From Bacteroidota bacterium (GTDB lineage Bacteria; Bacteroidota; Bacteroidia; Chitinophagales; Chitinophagaceae), in the NCBI GenBank assembly GCA_023433345.1, contig JAEZDA010000017.1:34955-98954 (forward strand): DNA of 64,000 nucleotides, read 5' to 3'. Under the pieces are notes generated by a model. It saw only the letters and a list, made by a program, of their open reading frames with translations. It made no database searches and was not told the DNA's origin. Shown in pieces: positions 8,422 to 15,911 of this stretch. Made by a program: the position numbers and the translations under genes. The first letter of the stretch is position 1, and every line of letters starts with the position of its first letter.

Positions 8422-9171
8422 ATGCAAAATGAATTGCTTTCCGAAATAATGCAACTAAAAGCGATTATATCCACTTTAATAGGGACTTCCGAGTTGCCTG
8501 CTAAAGAACGGTTTTCAAAAGAAGCTTTAGCCAGGGCTTCCAAAGAATTCAAAAAATTAAGTATTGAAAGAGGTGAATGGATAACAGACAGTAATATCAG
8601 TAAAATCATCAAAAATGCACAATACGGCTCGGCAGCCTTTATCATAAAGGAATTCGGATTCACTAATTTTTTTAAAAGAGGCCATACATTATACCTAAAT
8701 AAAAAGGATCTACTTGAGCTGAGTAAAGAGCTTAAGAAAAGAAACATTGATTTGGGCAGGTATATGGAATATCGGGCCGACCAGAAAAAGTTCAAAAAGT
8801 ATTTAGAAACAGCAGATCAAAATAACGGAGGTAAAAAGAAGAAAAAGCCGTTCGAAATAAACGATGATATAAGAGATGTTACAACCTCTCCTGCTAAGCC
8901 ACCTTCCCCTGAAGTAATAAGGGGAGATATAGCGCGGCTAAAAGATGAATTCTTCGCCGGTAAGCTTTCTGAATATATTGATATATATGGAGGCAATCAT
9001 GCTATGTTGAAAACCATTTATTTCTATGAAAAATACCTGGAGCCAGGCTTAAAAAGAAGATGCAGGAAATGGTGTGACGACTTTAATTATGCCAATCATG
9101 CACTCCAATTAGTTACCAATAAAAAAGAAGTATTTGTTCCTGTGAAAGAAGAGGATAGAATACAATTTTGA
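8422..9171 (+). CDS. Hypothetical Lys-rich protein (island-encoded)
   Basis: 249-aa ORF with an ATG start and AT-rich codon usage; no motif I recognise. Confidence 0.75.
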   Translation: MQNELLSEIMQLKAIISTLIGTSELPAKERFSKEALARASKEFKKLSIERGEWITDSNISKIIKNAQYGSAAFIIKEFGFTNFFKRGHTLYLNKKDLLELSKELKKRNIDLGRYMEYRADQKKFKKYLETADQNNGGKKKKKPFEINDDIRDVTTSPAKPPSPEVIRGDIARLKDEFFAGKLSEYIDIYGGNHAMLKTIYFYEKYLEPGLKRRCRKWCDDFNYANHALQLVTNKKEVFVPVKEEDRIQF

Positions 9172-9433
9172 TGTTTTTCGCTTCTTTTCGATTTTTAGCG
9201 CTTCAGATTCAGGGGACATTGCTTTTTTCCGCCCCTTAACCAATTGTGGTTTTACCACACCCTCATTAATGGCTTTCATAAAAACGGCATTACTGATGCC
9301 AGCCATTTTTAAAGCTCCTTCTTTGGTGAGGAGTTGGTCCTGTTGCATGCCCAGCTTTATTTCCTCTTTGATAATGGAGCGAAGCTTCGAAAAACTCTTC
9401 GGTGCTTATTTGGTGAAGCAGAATTGTTTCCAT
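9109..9433 (-). pseudogene. Frameshifted excisionase-like helix-turn-helix protein
   Basis: ATG at 9433 gives METILLHQISTEEFF; a frameshift near 9388 continues KLRSIIKEEIKLGMQQDQLLTKEGALKMAGISNAVFMKAINEG, the typical layout of Bacteroidota Xis/HTH proteins (leader, then LLTxxEAxxxLGIS). Confidence 0.68.
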
Positions 9434-9511
9434 TTTAATGAGTTAAACATTCAGCTAAAAATACGTTATAGCTAAGACTAGGTTTTAGTCAACTTTTGTG
9501 CCCCCTAAAGT

Positions 9512-9582
9512 TTTGTTTCCCTTGTTTTGTTCACTATATTTGCCCGTACACGTAACGTGTACAAACACTATAAATGAACAAA
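9512..9582 (+). promoter_or_regulatory. abiE promoter (TTTG-N19-TATATTTG) overlapped by a nested palindromic operator
   Basis: -33 TTTG at 9512-9515 and -7 TATATTTG at 9535-9542; inner inverted repeat GTACACG-TAA-CGTGTAC (9546-9562) and outer arms TTTGTTCA (9526-9533) / TGAACAAA (9575-9582) share the centre at 9554. Confidence 0.75.
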
Positions 9583-10566
9583 GAGGACAAAATATTAGGC
9601 ACTGCCATTAAAAACTTAACCGACTATACCGGTTTAAAGGCCCACTGGAAAGCCGGAAAAGAGCCTGTGGATGCCATACTTTATTTGGAAGATAAAAATA
9701 TTATGTTTTATGTAGAAGTAAAAAGGGAACTACGTGGCCATCACTTAGAATTACTTCAACAATATGCTAAACAACATCAACCTTTTATGGTAGTTGCTGA
9801 AAATATATTTCCGACATTAAAAAAGGATTTACGCGATAAGGGTATAGCTTACCTGGATGCTGCAGGAAATATATTCTATGACACCAAAAACCAGTACGTA
9901 TGGATCGAGGGAAATAAAATCGAAAAGAGGCAAGAAGAGAAAAAGAACCGGGCATTTACAAAAGCTGGATTAAGGGTTGTTTTTCAATTCCTGTTGAATG
10001 AAGAAACGCTCAACCAGCCTTACAGGGAAATTGCAGCCATGGCGGGTGTCGCGTTAGGTAATATCAAACATGTTTTTGATGGCTTAAAAGAACTGGGTTT
10101 TATCCTTCGTATAGACAAGAATCGAATGAAGCTTTTAAAGAAAAGAGAACTCTTAGACCGGTGGATAGATGGCTATGGGACTGCGCTAAAGCCCACGTTA
10201 CATATAGGCAATTATCGTTTCTTAAAGGAAGAGGATGATAAGGCCTGGAAAAAGCTAAAGCTTGATGGCGAAAAAACTGTTTGGGCAAGCGAAGCAGCAG
10301 CCGATCTCATCACAAACTTTTTAGTGCCCTTAAAGTTGGATCTATACACCAGGGAAACAAAGACTGAATTAATGAAGAAGTGGCGCCTCATTCCTGATCC
10401 GGCTGGGAAGGTTCAGCTTTATGAAACGTTTTGGAATAATAAGACGGACCAGAAATATGCACCGGAAATACTGGTCTATGCAGATTTGATCATAACCAAC
10501 GATCCCAGGTGTATAGAAACCGCACAAATGATCTACGATAAATACTTAGCCAATGAGTTCGTATAG
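9574..10566 (+). CDS. Type IV toxin-antitoxin AbiEi-family antitoxin / transcriptional regulator
   Basis: LRDKGIAYLDAAGNIF, wHTH PYREIAAMAGVALGNI and C-terminal ILVYADLIITNDPRCIETA; overlaps the downstream nucleotidyltransferase gene by 14 nt. Confidence 0.85.
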   Translation: MNKEDKILGTAIKNLTDYTGLKAHWKAGKEPVDAILYLEDKNIMFYVEVKRELRGHHLELLQQYAKQHQPFMVVAENIFPTLKKDLRDKGIAYLDAAGNIFYDTKNQYVWIEGNKIEKRQEEKKNRAFTKAGLRVVFQFLLNEETLNQPYREIAAMAGVALGNIKHVFDGLKELGFILRIDKNRMKLLKKRELLDRWIDGYGTALKPTLHIGNYRFLKEEDDKAWKKLKLDGEKTVWASEAAADLITNFLVPLKLDLYTRETKTELMKKWRLIPDPAGKVQLYETFWNNKTDQKYAPEILVYADLIITNDPRCIETAQMIYDKYLANEFV

Positions 10567-11380
10567 CCTGCAACGAAGCGAACTGAAAGAGGTATTTGAT
10601 GCGGTGGAAGATGCCTTCAGTAATTTAGGCATCGATTACTATGTTATTGGCGCTTTGGCCCGTGATATTTGGTATTCAAAGGAGAATAAATTGAGCAGAG
10701 CTACCAGGGATGCAGATTTCGCGATCCTGGTAGGGGCCGAAACACAGTTTGAAGAAGTAAAAGATTACATGAAGGCCCAAAAGGGCTTTCAGGATTCTAA
10801 GGGGAATATGTATGTGTTATTCTCACCCAATGGTCATCTGGTTGATATTCTGCCATTCGGCGCCATTGAGATTGACGAAAAAGTCAAAATTGTGGGCATG
10901 GGACTAACCAGCATAAGCGTCAACGGCTTTTCTGAAGTATACAATAGCGGAACGGCTGAAGTGCAGCTCGATACCGGCCATCACTTCAAAGTAGCCAGTT
11001 TATCCTCCATTGTTTTACTGAAATTGATCGCATATGATGACAGACCTGAGCAAAGAGCCAAGGATGGCAGAGATGTAGGGAGTATTATTGAACACTATTT
11101 CGATCTTGAGGCTGAGCGCATCTATGAACATCATTCAGACTTATTTACCGAAACAGAAAAAGATTATGAGCTACAGGACATAGCGGCTACTGTAATTGGT
11201 AGAGAAATAAAAATAACTATCGGCGAAAATTCAGCTTTGCTTCAGAGAGTTAAAACAATTTTGGAAAGGGAAATACAGCTTGGGGAAAAGAGCAGCTTTA
11301 TCATCAATATGATTGTGGAAACAAAGAGTAGTGTTGAGGAGGCAGCCAAACGTCTCGAAAAGATTCTAATCCCATTATAG
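10553..11380 (+). CDS. AbiEii/AbiGii-family nucleotidyltransferase toxin
   Basis: YYVIGALARD...RATRDADF (pol-beta NTase G-x...DxD), LLKLIAYDDR and KDGRD motifs. Confidence 0.85.
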   Translation: MSSYSLQRSELKEVFDAVEDAFSNLGIDYYVIGALARDIWYSKENKLSRATRDADFAILVGAETQFEEVKDYMKAQKGFQDSKGNMYVLFSPNGHLVDILPFGAIEIDEKVKIVGMGLTSISVNGFSEVYNSGTAEVQLDTGHHFKVASLSSIVLLKLIAYDDRPEQRAKDGRDVGSIIEHYFDLEAERIYEHHSDLFTETEKDYELQDIAATVIGREIKITIGENSALLQRVKTILEREIQLGEKSSFIINMIVETKSSVEEAAKRLEKILIPL

Positions 11381-11436
11381 AACATTGATTTAATATTTAT
11401 ATATTAAGCCTTTTTTAAACCGACCCGATTTATTAG

Positions 11437-13572
11437 ATGTTATTAAGCAACCTAAACGAAAACCAAAAATAAGCCGTTCTGGCTGAAACAAAACGACTGC
11501 TTGTGCTAGCCGGAGCCGGCTCTGGTAAGACAAAAACGCTCATTCAAAAGCTCTTGTATCTTCTAAGTGAGAAGGCCACAAAGCCCTCCAGCATATTAGC
11601 TATCACCTTTACCAAGAATGCAACCAACGAGATGGTTGACCGCCTAATTATTGCAGGTGACGACAATGGGGATTATGAAGAATTCATCAATGACAAGTTT
11701 ATAACTAAAGAACAAAAAGAAAGAGAACGCAGGAACCGGGTGCAATCCAAACCATGGATTGCTAATCTTACGGTAAAAACGTTCCATTCTCTGTGTTACA
11801 AGCTACTGAAAAATAGCGGTGGTGTTTCTTTCGATAATCAGTTTCGCTTGCTTATAGATGAGCAGGCGGATGATGTGAAAGAAGATGAACACAGAACTAT
11901 TGCTCCTGAAAAGTCCGGAGACATAAAACATAAGATATTGCTTGAACTCTGCCAGAATACCACCTATCTTCTCAAGTTGAAGAGGTATATTCTCGATTTC
12001 TATGTTGACAAATCATACGTTGATAAAAACATACAATCCCGTTCTTACACCAACCAGATTACTTATACCACACTCAAAGGCGAAAAAGTAAAATCAAAAT
12101 CAGAAAGGGATATTGCCGATTGGCTTTTTCGGCATAACCTTAAATACAATTATGAACCCACCGTAAATTTTAGGGACTTTGACTTTAAACCGGACTTTTA
12201 CATTCCACAGGCAGATTTATATCTGGAACATATAAGCGGCAAAAGCTATAAAACAACAAATAAAGAGGAACAGTTTGTTTTGGCTGGAAGACAATGCGCT
12301 AAAACCTTTGAAGCTATGTCACAGGATTCTACGCTGTTTAACCTGGCATTGGAAAGGATAGTAATGGGTAGGGTCAGTGATAAAATTTCCCAGTTGGCTT
12401 CCTTGAAATATGAAGAGGAATTTAAAACCTATGGTGAAAAGATCAAGGACTTTTTGAAAATGGTGAGTAGGGTTCAGTCCATGGTAAAGGCCGAAGACAT
12501 ATCTCCAAACGATCTTTTGTGCAAAGCAGCAGAACACCAACATGAACGCGTCCGGGTTTTTTATGAATTGGCCGTACCGATCATGAAAGCCTATAATGAT
12601 TATTGCATCAATAAATCTTATTTAGACTTCGATGACTTGATCATTCAAGCCATACGACTATTGGAGCAAAATAGTGAAATCAGGAATGTATACCATGACC
12701 GGTTTAAATACATTTTGGTGGATGAGTTTCAGGATGTGAACAGTCTACAAGTGAAACTTCTGGATCTTTTGCTAACACCGGAAACGCAGCTTTTTTGCGT
12801 GGGTGACGACTGGCAAAGTATCTATGGCTTTAGAGGGTCTGAGGTAGACTATATTGTAAACTTTGAAAAGCATTTTGAACAGCCACAGGTCATTAAGCTA
12901 GACGTTAATTATCGAAGTACACAAACTATAGTGGGAGCCAGTACAGAAGTGATTCGGAAAAATAAGTTCCAAATCGACAAGGAAATTAGGGCTCATAAAC
13001 AAACGCCCAGTAAGATACAGATATACCGGTCAAAGGAAATAGACCAGGATGGTGTCGATTATATGGTTGAAAAAATAAGGCAGTTGCAGGATGAGGGTTT
13101 AAATCCAGAGGACATATTGATTCTTTACCGCCGAAGTAAAATGTATCAACCGTATAGAGAAGCATTAAAAGTGGCAGGTTTGAGGGTCACGGCTAAAACA
13201 ATACATGCTTCCAAAGGACTGGAAGCAAAAGTGGTTTTCATTATTGGCTTGACAGACGGCTCCGGCGGATTTCCGGATATATGGTTGGACGATGTAGTGT
13301 TTAGGGTAGTGAAGGATGTGAAATTTGATATGCTGATGGAAGAAGAGCGAAGGCTATTTTATGTAGCGCTTACCCGTGCCAAGGACGAGCTTTATCTGAT
13401 TACTGAATTAGGAAGCGAATCCCGCTTTATTGATGAAATTCCCAAAGAATTTTATGCGGTAAATAAAACTGAATTCAAGAATATCATCAATCCAATCCCT
13501 GTTTGCACCCAATGTGCTACAGAAATCAAGGAGTTTTATAAATTTTGTCCTACCTGCGGAACTGTGATTTAG
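11437..13572 (+). pseudogene. UvrD/helicase IV-like helicase with an inserted PD-(D/E)xK-like nuclease and C-terminal zinc ribbon, interrupted by an in-frame TAA at codon 12
   Basis: ATG 11437 gives MLLSNLNENQK*AVLAETKRLLVLAGAGSGKT (TAA at 11470-11472), in frame with the 11503..13572 ORF. Motifs DEFQD, VGDDWQSIYGFRG, TIHASKGLE and EERRLFYVALTRAK; insert VKSKSERDIADWL...KPDFYIPQADLYLEH; C-terminal CTQC...CPTCG. Confidence 0.8.
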
Positions 13573-13581
13573 AATAACCTA

Positions 13582-14214
13582 TTACTTCCTTCCAAAATCA
13601 GCAGGATTTTCGCCCCAGGCTTTGGTTTCCCACTTTAGAACTGGATTAACAAACTCATTTTCTTTAAGCCATTTAACTGCCCGGTCCAACAGTTCAAAAA
13701 GCTTATTGTTCTTATCCGTCGGCAATAAGCCACTCCGGTGAGTTTTGTCTTGAACCCAACCAATAGCGTTACGGCTATCAGAATAGATAGGAATATTGCT
13801 ATTCTGCTTTTTAAGATGGGCTAGGGCATGAACAATGGCGAGGAACTCACCCACATTTTGCGTTCCCTCTTCAAAAGGCCCTTGATGAAAGACCTTTATG
13901 CAGGTCAAGGTATCTACACCCTGATACTCCATGCGTAAAGTCGCAGTATTCCATGCTGCATCAACTGAAATGCTTGGATAAATAGGTTCGCCAATAAGTT
14001 GCAATTGTTCGTCCGAAAGCTCACTTTCAAATTTAGTTTCCTGGCCCCAGTGCAGCTCGTAGCCTTCGGCAAAAGATTTATTGGCCGTTTCTAAAGATTT
14101 GAAGGCTTTATACTTTGCTCCTGGAAAACCATGGATGGAATCTTTACATTTTTGCCATTCAGTGAAGACACCTTTTTCTTTTCCTTGCCAAACGACATAC
14201 ACTTTTTTTGCCAT
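13582..14214 (-). CDS. Ribonuclease HI with an N-terminal hybrid-binding (caulimovirus viroplasmin-like) domain
   Basis: YVVWQGKEKGVFTEWQKC...GFPGAKYKAF (hybrid-binding domain); acidic catalytic residues in VDAAW, NVGEF, YSDS and NPADFGRK. Confidence 0.9.
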   Translation of the reverse strand: MAKKVYVVWQGKEKGVFTEWQKCKDSIHGFPGAKYKAFKSLETANKSFAEGYELHWGQETKFESELSDEQLQLIGEPIYPSISVDAAWNTATLRMEYQGVDTLTCIKVFHQGPFEEGTQNVGEFLAIVHALAHLKKQNSNIPIYSDSRNAIGWVQDKTHRSGLLPTDKNNKLFELLDRAVKWLKENEFVNPVLKWETKAWGENPADFGRK

Positions 14215-14311
14215 AACGATTTGATTAAGGCAATATATACATGAGATTTTATAAATGCAAGAATAAGTGGGCTGTTAGCATAGCCGCCGTCGGCGATTAA
14301 TTAGGAACTTA

Positions 14312-14539
14312 CTATTTCTTCGATGGGCACCAGTTTTCGAGTTGCTCTTCTACTTCAAATAACAATACCCTCTGTAATTTTAATTGTTCGCTTTTAATCC
14401 TTTTATTTGTCATCTCACTTCGTAAGTCGTTGATAAAAAATTCATTTTTGTCATTGAACATTTTACCTTGATAATTCATAATAAAATCAAATTTCTCTTT
14501 AATTTTTTTCTGCTGATTTTTATAATAGATCCGGTACAA
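14312..14539 (-). CDS. Short AT-rich ORF, probably a 3' remnant of a deleted gene
   Basis: 75-aa ORF with only a TTG start, abutting the 5' break point of the recombinase remnant. Confidence 0.3.
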   Translation of the reverse strand: MYRIYYKNQQKKIKEKFDFIMNYQGKMFNDKNEFFINDLRSEMTNKRIKSEQLKLQRVLLFEVEEQLENWCPSKK

Positions 14540-14766
14540 GTATTCAAGCCTTGAAAAGCGGCAACAAATTACAGGTGCGATATTTCCCGAAAAAATCGTT
14601 TACCGCGAAAACACTTATCGAACCAACCTCCCTGCACCCTATGTGTGAAGTAATAACCACAAGGGAAACGGCTTTCAACGGAAAAGGAAAAAAGAAAGGT
14701 CAGAATATTTCTGACCTTTCCTGCTGGGTAGTCCCGACAGGAATCGAACCTGTATCTAAAGTTTAG
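14529..14766 (+). pseudogene. C-terminal remnant of a large serine recombinase (integrase), frameshifted, reading into the tRNA
   Basis: Frame from 14529: IRYKYSSLEKRQQITGAIFPEKIVYRENTYRT; a +1 shift near 14625 gives TSLHPMCEVITTRETAFNGKGKKKGQNISDLSCWVVPTGIEPVSKV*. KRQxxGxIFPEKxxF/Y...YRT...KKGQ...V.PxGIEP resembles the tail of tRNA-targeting Bacteroidota recombinases as I recall them. Confidence 0.7.
14688..14720 (-). terminator. Intrinsic terminator downstream of tRNA-Arg
   Basis: GAAAGGTCAGAA-TAT-TTCTGACCTTTC perfect 12-bp stem plus A6 (U-tract on the minus strand). Confidence 0.85.
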
Positions 14767-14800
14767 GAAACTTCTATTCTATCCGTTGAACTACGGGACC
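14729..14800 (-). tRNA. tRNA-Arg (anticodon CCT)
   Basis: GGTCCCGTAGTTCAACGGATAGAATAGAAGTTTCCTAAACTTTAGATACAGGTTCGATTCCTGTCGGGACTA forms a cloverleaf with anticodon loop TTCCTAA and T-loop GTTCGATTC; -7 promoter TATTTTTG at 14810-14817 (minus). Confidence 0.96.
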
Positions 14801-15075
14801 AAGGGAGCGCAAAAATAGGAATTTTACCGTCGCGGGGTCACCAATTTTAAAAGGATCGGACGGAAAAAAACAGGTAGTGTCCATCAGGGCTATGAAAATC
14901 CTTCTACGAATCAGCTACGTATATTTCCTCACATTTTAGGGGGAAGTTTTTGGTGTCAATACTATTTGTGAAAATAATCCGTTGATGTTTAGGTAATTGC
15001 AGAATTAACTTTTCGGCGAAAAATTGCCGGAATGATTGGATTCTAAATTGATTAATGTTTATCCAAATAACAACC

Positions 15076-15462
15076 ATGAAAAGTGTTACCCCCAATGTTG
15101 GTAAGATTCTGATAGTGGATGATGAGGGCGATATTTGCTACCTGCTTTCCACGTTTTTCAAGCATGAAAATTTTGAGACCGACCAGGTAAATACACTGGC
15201 CCAGGCTGAGATACATATCCGGGAGAACACCCCTGACCTCGTGTTTCTTGACAATCATCTCCCTGACGGTCAGGGTATAAAGGTGATAGACAGGCTTAAG
15301 GCAGCGTACCCAAAAACGAGGATCGTAGTAATCTCTGCGCACGATTCAGCTTCAGACCAACAAAAGGCGATAAATAATGGTGCCGATATGTTTATTTCCA
15401 AACCCTTTACCCGAGACCAGGTAAAAGGCGCAGTGTGGTCTTTATTGAAGATGGCAGGTTAA
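15076..15462 (+). CDS. Single-domain response regulator
   Basis: ILIVDDE, VFLDNHLPDG, ISAHD and SKPF; start uncertain (15055 or 15076). Confidence 0.88.
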   Translation: MKSVTPNVGKILIVDDEGDICYLLSTFFKHENFETDQVNTLAQAEIHIRENTPDLVFLDNHLPDGQGIKVIDRLKAAYPKTRIVVISAHDSASDQQKAINNGADMFISKPFTRDQVKGAVWSLLKMAG

Positions 15463-15851
15463 TGTTTAATGCAGGAGAGAAGAACTTTGATGGCCTTGTT
15501 GAAACCGTCTACCGACGTAGGTTTCGTAATAAAGTGAGCTGCACCAAAATCTTTGGAGAAAGATATATCTTCCTGGGCGGCTGAGGTTGAAAAAACTACC
15601 AGTGGTATTGCTGAAAACGTTTCGTGTTTTTTTATCATTTTCAGAATTTCCCGGCCATGTACTTTCGGGAGGTTAAAGTCTATTACTATCAGTTGGGGGG
15701 AGAAGTCGGGATCTCTTAAAAATTCGGCCACTTTATCACCTTCGCTGAACACGCGAAGATCAACCGTCAGGTCATTACTTGTAAAGGAATCACGGAGCAA
15801 TTCCACATCGTCAGTATCATCTTCAACGAGCAAAATTTTCAACTCATCCAT
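15459..15851 (-). CDS. Single-domain response regulator (Rcp1-like)
   Basis: ILLVEDD, DFNLPKVHGREIL, VFSTS and ITKP. Confidence 0.88.
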   Translation of the reverse strand: MDELKILLVEDDTDDVELLRDSFTSNDLTVDLRVFSEGDKVAEFLRDPDFSPQLIVIDFNLPKVHGREILKMIKKHETFSAIPLVVFSTSAAQEDISFSKDFGAAHFITKPTSVDGFNKAIKVLLSCIKH

Positions 15852-15911
15852 GGATGGCAAAGCTATGAATATTTACAATCTGCAACCACAGAAGGTAGGA
15901 ATTTTATAAAT

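Larger units (their letters stand above)
8250..14766. mobile_element. Degenerate integrative genomic island at the 3' end of tRNA-Arg(CCT); left boundary approximate
   Basis: Recombinase remnant overlapping the tRNA 3' end, frameshifted excisionase, AbiE-type TA pair and several pseudogenes; the sequence looks more AT-rich than its flanks (not computed). Confidence 0.72.

Noticed and set aside
8281..9505. GTTTTAG-N11-GCCCCC at 8281 and 9482 as direct repeats flanking a cassette
   Set aside because: Only 15/24 identity with low-complexity ends; insufficient support
11470..11472. Stop-codon reassignment or programmed readthrough of TAA
   Set aside because: TAA terminates many genes in this window, and no other gene shows an internal stop
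14551..14766. 71-aa ORF as an independent small gene
   Set aside because: Its first half is out of frame with the recombinase-like motif and its end is tRNA antisense; better explained as a frameshifted integrase tail
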